Origin: Cyanophora paradoxa CCMP329
Taxonomy: Eukaryota > Plantae > Glaucophyta
Length of the DNA stretch: 64,000 nt
Assembly (NCBI GenBank): GCA_004431415.1
Contig: QPMI01000059.1
Location: 62,001 to 126,000, forward strand
Reading direction: 5' to 3'
The notes under the pieces were generated by a model. The model did not search any database. It worked only from the letters and a program-made list of their open reading frames with translations, and was not told where the DNA came from. This document shows positions 26,131 through 36,099 of the stretch, piece after piece (positions within the stretch are counted from its first letter, which is position 1; each line of letters opens with the position of its first letter). Made by a program: the position numbers and the translations under genes.

Positions 26131-27501
26131 TCATTCTGCCCTCCTCCTTGATCTCGTGGAAATTGCTGGAGCTTCATAGGTCTCCTTTGAATTCGAGAAA
26201 TCTCTATACCACCTTACTGCCTCTGCTCCCCCTGCTAATCTCTCTGTTCCCGCCACCCTCAATCTCTCCAACTCTCTCCCTTGTTTCTTCTTCTTCCCTG
26301 CTCTGTCCTCCAATAATGGTTTATCTGGCACATTTGGAGCCCTCTCAATCCCTTCTCTGGCCAAAAGTCGCTCTGTTCTGGCCTCTTTCTTTGCCTCTTC
26401 AATGACATTTATTGATGGCGCCTCCAAGAACTCCACGGTTTCCACTTTCTGTAATTCATAGTGGGCATAAAGTCGATCAATCATTTTTCCGGCAATGTCC
26501 CTCAATCTAAACTTGAACCCCTCCACTCCTTCTATTGTAAATATTTCGCGGCTCCAATTATTGCCCTGCTTGGCAAATGGACCCTTTTCTATTTTAGTTC
26601 TCACGTGGCTCCCTGCTGGATAGTCCTTTAGATATTCAATTGACTTCATGAATTTCTCGTTTTCTTTTGCGAGTATGAGGGGAACATGTACCTCTGTGGT
26701 CTCTGCTGGTTTCATCCCTGTTGCTGAGTGGATGGTATTATTGTAGTTGTAGGCAAAATCTTGGAGCTTGTCGAAAAACTTTACAGTATTATTCGCTATA
26801 CAATACGAGTTAATTAGCTTCTTTATTGTGCGATTAAAGGCTTCTATTCGGCCTTGGCTATTGTGATCTCCAACCTGCGAAACTTGGTGCTCAATCATCT
26901 GGGTTTCTAAATGGTCTTTAAATACCTTGTTCAGGAATTCGCTCCCAGCATCACTTTGTATCTTCACAATTGGACGAGGGACTTGTTGCTCAAGCTCCTT
27001 AAATGCGTTCAATGTGCTTTCTGCTGTCTTTCCCCTCATGGGAATTATAAAGCCCAGTCTGGTGGTGTTTTCTACAGCTGTGAGGAATGTGTTGTAGCCT
27101 TGATTCTGTTTGCTGTACGAAGGATAAAAGATTAGGTCTATGGCATAGCAGTCGAGTGGCTGTCTTATTGGGATATAGGCAGTCTTCTTGGCAGATGGGA
27201 GGGGTTTATTTATCTGGTTGATTTCTTGGGCATCATAGAATCTACGGATTGTCTTTCTTGGCACATCTGGAAGCTCTTTGGCCAATGAAGCAAGGCCTTT
27301 AAATCCTACCTTGGTGTCATAGAATGTCCTTGCTAAGGGATCCAAGTGGGGCACAGCAATGGCAGTTGGGATATCCGCAGGAACTAAAGCTTTGAGGTCA
27401 CTCTTTTTCTGAATGCGACCCCCTCTCTCCTCTTGAGGGATTGGGATTGGCAATATACTCACATCGTACTCTGTTTGTCTGCGTGTGATCTTTGATGACA
27501 T
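26131..27501 (-). CDS. rve (retroviral-like DDE) integrase of element A
   Basis: YAIDLIF, IQSDAGSEF, GRIEAFNRTIK, YNNTIHSATGMKP, FAKQGNNWSREIF: Polinton-type integrase motifs. Confidence 0.93.
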   Translation of the reverse strand: MSSKITRRQTEYDVSILPIPIPQEERGGRIQKKSDLKALVPADIPTAIAVPHLDPLARTFYDTKVGFKGLASLAKELPDVPRKTIRRFYDAQEINQINKPLPSAKKTAYIPIRQPLDCYAIDLIFYPSYSKQNQGYNTFLTAVENTTRLGFIIPMRGKTAESTLNAFKELEQQVPRPIVKIQSDAGSEFLNKVFKDHLETQMIEHQVSQVGDHNSQGRIEAFNRTIKKLINSYCIANNTVKFFDKLQDFAYNYNNTIHSATGMKPAETTEVHVPLILAKENEKFMKSIEYLKDYPAGSHVRTKIEKGPFAKQGNNWSREIFTIEGVEGFKFRLRDIAGKMIDRLYAHYELQKVETVEFLEAPSINVIEEAKKEARTERLLAREGIERAPNVPDKPLLEDRAGKKKKQGRELERLRVAGTERLAGGAEAVRWYRDFSNSKETYEAPAISTRSRRRAE

Positions 27502-27512
27502 CTATATTGGGA

Positions 27513-30500
27513 TTAGAAAGCAATCTTTGACATCTTCACATTGTAGGTCTCATTTTCAAGCTTCTTTTGGACAGTCATTTCGATTTGCTTGGGTTTTTGG
27601 TGGAGCACATAGTCTTTATAATCTTGGAAAGACAGATCTGTTTGAATGGTCTCCTTACAAACACCTGCCAGTTTTTTTATTTCCTCATCATCTGTTTTAA
27701 TGCTGTAACATTTCGGCCTTACCCCAGCATATTCAATAATGGTTCTGCCCTCAAACTCATTTTTGAACTTTCCAAGCTCTGTGGGGTGGGTATCAATGTC
27801 TTGTAGGTCTTTTGCTATAGTTTTCGAATTTATTTGAAGGCAAAGCGAATCTGTATCAGTAAAAAGCAGTTTACAGTCTGGCCATTTCCGCTTGATGGTG
27901 TTATAATAATAATCAAATAGGCGCAGCTTGGCAAGATCCAATACAAACGCACCAATTGCTATGGGCTTATCTAACTTGACATCTTTCTGTAGCATTTCGA
28001 AGGCTACTGCTGAATCGCTTAGTCTTGTTTCTGCTTTGAGTAGGGGCGATCTGGCGTATTTCATAAATTGCTTTTCGTTGGTGGCAATCTTGACATTAGA
28101 CCTTCCTCTCACTTTCTCAATGGTTTTGCCGAAAAGGCTATTGTTCATGATTTTAAAGAAGTCCTTTTCGGGTTTGGAAGGGGCTGCTCTGCGGTTTTGG
28201 GCATTGGATTCGACGTAGGGCTTCATAAAGGCAGCCTCAGTAAATGTTAGCACCCTGTGGATTTTGGTGACCTTTAAGCCTTGTGCTACCATGAATTGGA
28301 GCAAAGGTTTCGACACCACAAAGTTGGATATGTCTTGGCAGGCTGCTTGTAGCCCATCTTCTGTTCTCTTGATGACAAGAGGCAGTTCTTTGTGGAGTTG
28401 ATGGAGGTGCTGGGGATAATGAATGTCAATTTCTAAGATGGCCCCCTCTGCTGATGACAGGTCGTAATTTGAGGGTTCTGGGTGCCATTGGAAATTCGAG
28501 AGGGGTAGCTTTTGGGACAGGGCATATCCATATAGGTTATTGGCATCCAAATATATAATGTGTCTGTCCCTTTCCTTTTTGGCATATTTATGATTCATAA
28601 TCGAAAGGCCTCCCCTAATCATGCCTTCAACCATGTTGTACATATCAAGGTTGGAGAGGAGTTCGATTTTGGGCTTGGTGATCGATAGCATGCTGTCCCA
28701 TGATAGGCCAGGACTTGAGACATAATGGGCAGCATCCATCCCAAAAGTTTTGTGTGATTTCTGGCGGAAAAGCTGGAACTTTTCCATTAATCCTTCCACG
28801 TTCTGGACGCCATAATCAATAAAGTTTTTGATGTCAATGAATTTAAAGCAACCCCAAGTGATCGACATGTAGTTGTCAAACGATTTTGCGAGGACTTCCA
28901 CCCTTTTTTCGGGATTTAAGGCGACTGCCTTGAATATCTGCGTTCCAGATAGGGACAGATCATTGGTCACTATGGGAATCTTGGTGAGATTGCTGGTGCG
29001 TCTGTGGAGATTACATTTGCGACATGCTGTGCCTACAAAATCGCCAGTTTGGTGGTCGTGATCCCTCACTTTATAATTGTCTTGGGTGAAATCACCTTGG
29101 CAGATGTAGCAGGTTTTAGCAAGGTAATGGGTACGTTTCTGCTCTTTGGTCAGTGACATTGGGATGTTGGTAAATAGGGCTTTGAATAGCTCTGGGGCTG
29201 TGCTGTCGAGGGTACTCAGGAGCTCAAAGATGTTGGAGTGGGTTTTAGTGAGTACTACTTTATTATTGTGGAGAGCTGTCAGTGAGATTGATTTGATCTT
29301 GAACATACCAGAAATATCTGTTTCAAAATCGAAATAGCAATAGGCAATCACGGGGAGGAATACAGTCTTTGAGAGATGTTTAAGACCAAATTCAATGAAT
29401 GTGGATTGTTTTGGGGTCTCTCCAGCACTTGTCTTCCAATCCACACAACGTTTGCTTTGAATGTGGGATTGAAGCTTCTCCTCAGTCTTGAAGTGGTTGG
29501 AACAGGTTTTACAGAAATGGAGTCGCTGCTTATCATTTTTAGCTAAGACTCTGGACATGCTGAATATTGTGGTATAGTGACTGTTACCATTTTCGTCTGT
29601 AATTAGCAGCAGATCCACTTGGTGTTTCCTGTTCCTTGAGGAGCTGTTGTGGAGTAGATTAATTTCTTCTGTAGAATTAGAGGGGTCGTAAATATTAATA
29701 GAGATCGCTGGATTGAGATTTTCAAAGAGATCAATAGTATCAGCATCCGCCTTCACAGGAAACTCAATGCCCTCGAAATTTAGTTCTTTTTTGAACCACC
29801 TCCTGTATTGGGAAGTCTCATTGCGCTTGTGGCTATTTACTTCGTCCTTGTGAATATAGCTCAGGATGGAGTATTCAAAGCACCTATTGTCCTTGTTATT
29901 AACATTGACAATGGCGCGTTTATTCTTCAGCCACTCAGGCAATGGAATAAATGCTCCTCCTGAGATTGGCTTAAAGGAGAGAACAATGACCCTGAGGGCT
30001 TGGATGCTATCTAATCTGTAGCTATCTGTGACATTAATTTGCGACTGGCATTCCTTGGCAAGTTTAGCAGTCTCTTTTGTGAGGATTCGAGATCTTGTCA
30101 TGATAGCATAGGTGCTGTAAATGTGCTTGGTAATAAAATCTCTCGAATTGTTTGCTTTTGAAAAGCGACAGACAAATGTAAAGCGAGTTTTAATCGACAT
30201 CTGTGAATTGATGGCGTCTTGGAGCCTTGTGTGGAGCTCCTCAGAGTAGGTGTCTATAAACTCTTGGGTGGTCAGGATCTGGTGCTGAGCTCTGATTGTG
30301 AAATCGATGTATTTATTATTTAGAGCACGATGCTCATTTATTAAGGTAGTGTATTCATCTCCTCTGACTTGAGTTGTGGTAGTTTGTTCGACTTGGATTT
30401 GGCCAAGGCGATCAGTCTCATCAAGGGCGTCAATTTTCCCTAATAGCTCTCGATTGAGAGCTTGAAGCCCCTTGAGCTTCTTGTTGGTTTGGCTTATGTA

Positions 30501-30608
30501 TGATTCATATTCGCTTTCACTGATGGAGTGGTTCGCAAGGAGGAAGGCCAGATTCCCGAGAATCTTGTCCTGAAGCTCCTTAATTTGGTAGTGGCTGGGG
30601 CGGGGCAT
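27513..30608 (-). CDS. polB: Protein-primed family B DNA polymerase of element A, with degenerate 3'-5' exonuclease domain
   Basis: YLDANNLYG, KIMNNSLFGKT, FTDTDSL, RPKCYS; N-terminal DNRCF...SHY (OTU-like) and CYIC...DHDH...CRKCN insert; true start likely MPRPSHYQ at 30608 because the upstream ORF extension is antisense to the HNH gene. Confidence 0.93.
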   Translation of the reverse strand: MPRPSHYQIKELQDKILGNLAFLLANHSISESEYESYISQTNKKLKGLQALNRELLGKIDALDETDRLGQIQVEQTTTTQVRGDEYTTLINEHRALNNKYIDFTIRAQHQILTTQEFIDTYSEELHTRLQDAINSQMSIKTRFTFVCRFSKANNSRDFITKHIYSTYAIMTRSRILTKETAKLAKECQSQINVTDSYRLDSIQALRVIVLSFKPISGGAFIPLPEWLKNKRAIVNVNNKDNRCFEYSILSYIHKDEVNSHKRNETSQYRRWFKKELNFEGIEFPVKADADTIDLFENLNPAISINIYDPSNSTEEINLLHNSSSRNRKHQVDLLLITDENGNSHYTTIFSMSRVLAKNDKQRLHFCKTCSNHFKTEEKLQSHIQSKRCVDWKTSAGETPKQSTFIEFGLKHLSKTVFLPVIAYCYFDFETDISGMFKIKSISLTALHNNKVVLTKTHSNIFELLSTLDSTAPELFKALFTNIPMSLTKEQKRTHYLAKTCYICQGDFTQDNYKVRDHDHQTGDFVGTACRKCNLHRRTSNLTKIPIVTNDLSLSGTQIFKAVALNPEKRVEVLAKSFDNYMSITWGCFKFIDIKNFIDYGVQNVEGLMEKFQLFRQKSHKTFGMDAAHYVSSPGLSWDSMLSITKPKIELLSNLDMYNMVEGMIRGGLSIMNHKYAKKERDRHIIYLDANNLYGYALSQKLPLSNFQWHPEPSNYDLSSAEGAILEIDIHYPQHLHQLHKELPLVIKRTEDGLQAACQDISNFVVSKPLLQFMVAQGLKVTKIHRVLTFTEAAFMKPYVESNAQNRRAAPSKPEKDFFKIMNNSLFGKTIEKVRGRSNVKIATNEKQFMKYARSPLLKAETRLSDSAVAFEMLQKDVKLDKPIAIGAFVLDLAKLRLFDYYYNTIKRKWPDCKLLFTDTDSLCLQINSKTIAKDLQDIDTHPTELGKFKNEFEGRTIIEYAGVRPKCYSIKTDDEEIKKLAGVCKETIQTDLSFQDYKDYVLHQKPKQIEMTVQKKLENETYNVKMSKIAF

Positions 30609-30705
30609 GGTTGTGGGGTTGTACTTATATATAGGTACGAAAATAATCTTTAAATGCTGCGTAGAATTTGGAAGATTAATTTGTGTGTCTATTGTAGACG
30701 AAAAA

Positions 30706-31277
30706 TGGAAACCTTTGATCAGGATTTGGTTGAAACCAAGTTTGACGACGTGGACTCCATGAAATATTTCTACGTTCCACTTGGAGGGGCCAAAGGAAGG
30801 GGCCAGTATATGATATGTGATATCGAAGATGCTCCTACAATGATGAGATATAACTGGTGTTTGGATGGGGATGGTTATGCTAAGACAAGTGTAAAGCGAG
30901 ATGAAGGGAAATGGTTGGTATTGTATGCTCATCGATTGATAATGACAAATGAACTGAAAGAAGGGTTGGTTGTCGACCATGTGAGCAGAGATAAATTGGA
31001 CAACAGGAAGTGTAATCTGAGGGTATGCTATCCTTTTGAGAATAATAGGAATAGGAGTAAAAGCAGCAATACAAGCAGTCAATATAAAGGTGTTTCTTTC
31101 AAGAAACGAGAGGGTAAATGGTGTGCTCAGATTACAATTAATGACAAAAGGCTCTCTTTGGGGTATTACAAAAATGAAGCCTTAGCCGCTCATGCCTACA
31201 ATCAGGCGGCAATTGAACACTATGGAGACTTTGCCGCTCTCAATGAGATTAAGCCCGAGGCACAAAATACCGAATAG
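30706..31277 (+). CDS. HNH endonuclease with C-terminal AP2 DNA-binding domain
   Basis: YAHRLIM...VVDHVSRDKLDNRKCNLR; SSQYKGVSF...KWCAQI...LGYYKNEALAAHAYNQAA. Confidence 0.9.
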
Positions 31278-31332
31278 AATCAGCATTTAAAGAATAAAAT
31301 CTTACCTATAGTGTAGAGGAACAAGAATTAAA

Positions 31333-31524
31333 ATGGCATACCATGCGGCATCTCAAATTGCCTATGTGACTCGTCGCCGTGCTCAAGATCCTGCTTTCCG
31401 TGAGAGAATGAAGCTTAATAGTCTGAGGAGCAGATACTACAAAGGTGACCCCCTTCCCTGTGTGAGGTACCTCTTTGATGAAAGGAGGTGCCTTGTTGGC
31501 AGACCAAGGACAGTGGTGTATTGA
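31333..31524 (+). CDS. Small basic hypothetical protein
   Basis: 63-aa ATG ORF filling the gap between HNH and primase-helicase, preceded by TTTAAAGA motif. Confidence 0.5.
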   Translation: MAYHAASQIAYVTRRRAQDPAFRERMKLNSLRSRYYKGDPLPCVRYLFDERRCLVGRPRTVVY

Positions 31525-31535
31525 GGGGGTCGCGA

Positions 31536-31579
31536 AAAATTGATTGTTTTATTTAATGATTCTATAAACTACTTAAGGA
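31536..31579 (+). promoter_or_regulatory. Putative giant-virus-type early promoter (AAAATTGA) plus CTTAAGGA motif
   Basis: AAAATTGA at 31536-31543 and CTTAAGGA at 31572, upstream of ATG 31628; the same pair recurs near 34291/34347. Confidence 0.45.
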
Positions 31580-31627
31580 CAAGGGTGTCAATAGAATCAT
31601 CAAATTATTTTCTCACCCTACTGTAGA

Positions 31628-33900
31628 ATGGCTCCCTCATTCAGCTCAATCAACCCCAATGGCAACACCTTCATTCTCACTGAGCGCATCCACAGAGGTA
31701 ACCTCAAATGGGTGGTGGAGAACTTTGATAATCTCCAGTTTCGCCCTGAAACTGACAAGACCCAAATGAGAGCCATCATCCAGAAATTACTTTCTATCGT
31801 CCATCATGAGGGCTACCACACCTGTAAATATAAGCAGGTGAAGCACAACACTGGTAGGTACTTTGTGGATGGAAAAACCCCAGCCTTCAAAGCATCTGTA
31901 GGGAAATTCGCCACACCATTTCCAAGGACTACTACTATGACATTGACATTGTGAACTGCCACCCTGTCCTGCTTGTTCAGTATTGTGAGAAACATTCAAT
32001 TGCCACTCCTCAGCTGAACAAATATGTTCAGAGCAGGGATGAAATTCTTGATGATCTCTGTGAGGTCACCCAGAAATCCAAGGCTGATGTCAAGCGCAGC
32101 ATTCTGGCAGTCATCAATGGTGGGCAAGGGGCTGACCTCTCTAGCCTACTTATCAATCACAAGTACTTCAGTGATCTCAAAGAGGAAATGGCCAAAGTCC
32201 ATCAATTCATTGGTGGGATTGAGAAGCAGCGCTTCTATGCTATTGCTAAGCGCAAGAAAGAAAGCAATGTACTTGGTTCCACCATGAATATGGTACTATG
32301 TGACCTTGAGAATCAGGTGTTAATGGCTGCTTGTGAGTACTTCAGTGCTCTTAAGCTCCATGTGGATGTCTTGGTCTTTGATGGATGTATGATCAGGAAA
32401 GACCCCAAAGTATTGAGTGCTTTGGAAGAGGTTAGTGATTATGTGGAGGGGAAAACTGGCTACAGGGTGACTTTTGTGGAAAAACCTATGACCAGTGGGT
32501 TTGATGTACCTGAATGTCAAGCTTCCCTTTCCAACATTGATTACAAGACTGCTCCAATTCCTACCAACTGTGATTACATGGAGATCAAGCCCTACATGGA
32601 TGCCAGACTTGCTCACATTATGAAGCCTGGGTTTGTCTTGTCTTGGAATGATCATACCAAGAAGTATGACACAACCAGCTTCAAAAGCTTGGCTGAGGAT
32701 GTATACCCTCACATTCAGTACACAGAGTTTGACCTAATGTCTATGAAGATGGAGCCTCATAACTTCATCAAAAAGTGGGCGAAAGATGAGACTGCCACAA
32801 GGTATGATTACTTGGACTTCCTCCCACCTCCTGTAAAATCTGCTTCCACCACTGCCAAGGTGTTTAATGCCTATGCTGGTATGAAAGGTGAGCTTATGGA
32901 TGTGAGTGAAATGGGTATTCCTCCTGATGTAACTGAGGAAGATGTTAGCCCATTCCTTGACCACATGATGATTCTCAGTGGTGAAGATGCTTCTACATTC
33001 AATTACATACTGAAGTACTTTGCCCACATTATTCAGAGACCTGGGGAGTTGAATGGGATTTCAATCATCTTCAAGGGAAAGCAAGGAGTGGGGAAGAACA
33101 TCATATTGGATTGGTTTCAAAATGAAATACTGGGTGGGGACTTGGCTTTCAGCACAGCCAACCCACTGAAGGACTTATTTGGAAACTTTGCCCACCAGCG
33201 AAAGCACAAACTACTTATCACTGTGAATGAGGCAAGTGGCAAAGACACCTTCACAAACAGTGATGCCCTCAAGGACATGATCACTGCTGAGAAAATTGTA
33301 ATTGAGGCTAAGTATGTCAATTCTCATGAGGTGAGGAATTTTGCCAGGATCATATTTACTACCAACAACACCCTACCAATCAAAGTGGAGGCTGGAGATA
33401 GAAGGTTTGTGATTGTGGAGGTGAGTGACAAGAAAAAGGGTGACATGAAATATTTCAAGGCACTGGGTAATTGGCTGAAGGAGCCAAGAAACCAGCACAT
33501 GGTATTCCTTTACTTGAAAAACAAGGTGGATGTCACAGACGTGAACTGGTATGCTGACAGGCCAATGACCAACAGCTACTACCTTGCCCAACAAGCAAGT
33601 GTTCCTGTCACTGCCTTGTTCACCAAGGATTTGGTAGACACCCAAAAGATTACCAAGGACACACCAAGGACTGAGAACAGGCAACAGGTGTGGGAGTGGT
33701 TCCAGCAGTTCATTACAATTAATAAATTCAAGAATGAATTCAGCTCAAGGAAGTTCTACATTGAGATGGCTGGACTGGAATATGTGAGGCCTACCAAGTA
33801 TTGTGGAAGGGAGTGTTATGTCTTCAAGTGGGATGAGATGATGGCTTACTTCAAGAGCTGTGGGCTGTTGGTGGAGTTTTTGGAAGAGGAGGAGGATTAG
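31628..33900 (+). CDS. PolA-like polymerase/primase (TVpol-type) fused to SF3/D5-like helicase; one frameshift near 31873-31881
   Basis: Joined frames give GRYFVDG..SLQSICREIRHTISKDYYYDIDIVNCHP, VLVFDGCMI (PolA-like motifs A and C), then GKQGVGKN (Walker A), LITVNEA, IIFTTNN, DRRF. Confidence 0.82.
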
Positions 33901-34345
33901 GGGGGGCTCATGATAGGTTTTTGGGGGGGGTTCAAGACGTCTGGGGGACCTTCTGGGGGACCTTCATTTTTTACTTTCTGGTTGTTTTATGACCAGAAAT
34001 GGTAATAATGTATACACATAGGGGGGTTAGGGGACCTAGGGGGGGATATATAACTCCTATAGCCTCCAACTCTTTTTCATTTTTAAGCAACAAGCCAGAA
34101 ATATATAGAGTTGTGAGAGAATACCCCCCTACCCACCCAACAACCCCCTAATCCCCCCTAAACCCCACCTTCCAGACTGAGAATGGTAACCTAAACAACA
34201 AGACGTCAGTTGGCAGAAACCCCCCCTAACTTCCCCTTGAGTCCCCTAACCCCCCCAAAATCCACCCCACTTGCTTGTAGGCCACCAGCACTTAAGGACA
34301 TCTTCATATAGCATGGTGAAGAGCCCAAGCCCCCAAGTGCCCACC
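33897..34345. repeat. G-tract cluster followed by C-tract cluster downstream of the helicase; includes tandem TCTGGGGGACCT x2
   Basis: GGGGGG runs at 33900-34045 then CCCCC(TA) runs at 34125-34345, loosely inverted (GGGGGGTTAGGGGAC vs GTCCCCTAACCCCCC). Confidence 0.6.
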
Positions 34346-34406
34346 AAAAATTGATTCTTGACACCCCAACCCCCAAACAGTCTTACATAAGCCCACCAGT
34401 ACCACC

Positions 34407-34643
34407 ATGGACTCAGACAGCAGCTATGATGACATCCCCCTTGAGGACATGGTTGAACTGTGGGAGGCAGTCAGGCAGCAGTATTATGATGAGTATAGGA
34501 AGTCCCCCCAAGACATCAACCCCCAGAAAAGTAAAGAATTGCGCAGATTGATGGAGGCATATGAGAACATCATATGTGATAACTATGGCATGGAGGGGTA
34601 TGCCCTACTCCACAAAGCAAATTTTAGCTGGAGAAAGTCATGA
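34407..34643 (+). CDS. Small acidic hypothetical protein
   Basis: 78-aa ATG ORF preceded by AAAATTGA at 34347. Confidence 0.5.
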   Translation: MDSDSSYDDIPLEDMVELWEAVRQQYYDEYRKSPQDINPQKSKELRRLMEAYENIICDNYGMEGYALLHKANFSWRKS

Positions 34644-34800
34644 AAATTGTAAGTACCCCATCTTAAAATCACCGATTCACTCCTTGCCGCTATCACCGTT
34701 GGATTCCTCGTAAAAAGTAGATATTTATAGACCCCAACATCATAGCCTTACGATGATCTGGTGACGAGCTACGAATATTTTCAGTTTCGCATATACCAAA

Positions 34801-35666
34801 TGTATATACCATAATGATATATGTATATGATATATTATGATGTCACATGACATATATATATAACATAGCTTTCCGGACTCGCCGCGTCATGGCGATCACG
34901 GCGCTATAGTTTTTACCAAAACTTGTTTTTTTTTCATATATATCATATACATATGTACGTTCGCGCGTACTGAGCCACGGTACGCACAGTGGCTTGCGTA
35001 CTGCGCTACGGTACGCACAGTGGCCTGCGTACGGCGCTACGGTACGCACAGTGGCCTGCGTACGGCGCTACGGTACGCACAGTGGCCTGCGTACTGCGCT
35101 ACGGTACGCACAGTGGGCTGCGTACGGCGCTACGGTACGCACAGTGGGCTGCGTACCAGCTAAAGTACGCACATTAAATCTTATAAGACCATATAAGATT
35201 TTAGAAAAGAATTCTATAAGACAACTCTTATAAGACCTTATAAGACTTAAATTTGAGCGACTTGTATATACCATAATTATATATGTATATGATATATCAT
35301 TATGTCACATGACATATATATATATCGTAGCTTTTCGGACTCGCCGCGTCATGGCGATCACGGCGCTATAGTTTTTACCGAAACTTGTTTTTTTATATAT
35401 ATATCATATACATATACACGCGGGCTGCGCAAGCCTGAGATTGCTCCTTGTATGGCCGCGCAAGCCTGAGATTGCTCCTTGTATGGCCGCGCAAGCCGGA
35501 GATTGCTCAGTGTGTGGCTGCGCAAGCCTGAGATTGCTCCTTGTATGGCCGCGCAACGCTGAGATTGCTCCTTGTATGGCCGCGCAAGCCGGAGATTGCT
35601 CAGTGTGTGGCTGCGCAAGCCTGAGATTGCTCCTTGTATGGCCGCGCAACGCTGAGATTGCGCAGC
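34801..35666. repeat. Twin non-coding modules: ~155-bp direct repeat (34801-34955, 35263-35416), each followed by a different 31-bp tandem array (6 and ~8 copies)
   Basis: Array 1 TACGCACAG recurs at 34981, 35012, 35043, 35074, 35105, 35136; array 2 units recur at 35431, 35462 ... 35648. Confidence 0.93.
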
Positions 35667-35857
35667 TATTTCCTTATAGAGCTCTATAAGAACTTTTCTA
35701 AAACTTTCAATTAGAGCCACTTAAGGAACTTCAAACGCGAATATCTCGGCACCAGATTGGCCGTTTTGAGCGCTCTTTTTTTTCCTGTGAAGCTCTCATC
35801 AAGCTCTACGCAGAGCCGCCCCTTTCGCATTTTTATGCTGCCTAAAAGTAGATTATT

Positions 35858-36094
35858 ATGACAACTCCCATCCATACTCGCCTTGTAGAGGTCTCCTTTG
35901 AACTCTCACATCTGGCGCTGACGTCTCCAAGCCCTGAATTGAGTGACTCCATACATCGCGTCTCTATAGAACTGTACAACCTTGGTCATCGAATAGCCCC
36001 CCTGTCTCCACATATCAAAGCAGCTTTACAAAAAATATCAAACGATCTCCTCATGCTTGGAAACGAGATTAATACCCTCCCTGATGGCAGATAA
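35858..36094 (+). CDS. Small hypothetical protein
   Basis: 78-aa ATG ORF with an internal helical repeat (VSFELSHLA / VSIELYNLG / ISNDLLMLG). Confidence 0.45.
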   Translation: MTTPIHTRLVEVSFELSHLALTSPSPELSDSIHRVSIELYNLGHRIAPLSPHIKAALQKISNDLLMLGNEINTLPDGR

Positions 36095-36099
36095 TGTGT

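Noticed and set aside
27440-27520. PolB-integrase fusion in element A
   Set aside because: Stops in both relevant frames (TAA, then TAG just before the integrase ATG); resemblance of the integrase N-terminus to a PolB tail is too weak
30609-31082. 158-aa N-terminal extension of element A PolB
   Set aside because: It is the antisense shadow of the HNH-AP2 gene; a better ATG with upstream motif lies at 30608
31870-31885. Programmed -1 ribosomal frameshift in the TVpol gene
   Set aside because: No canonical X XXY YYZ heptamer in frame, and similar homopolymer breaks occur in unrelated genes, favouring sequencing error
34975-35666. CRISPR array
   Set aside because: Units are head-to-tail tandem repeats with no unique spacers, and there are no cas-like genes
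34843-35720. Repetitive ORFs over the 31-bp arrays
   Set aside because: Period is not a multiple of three and ORFs appear in several frames on both strands
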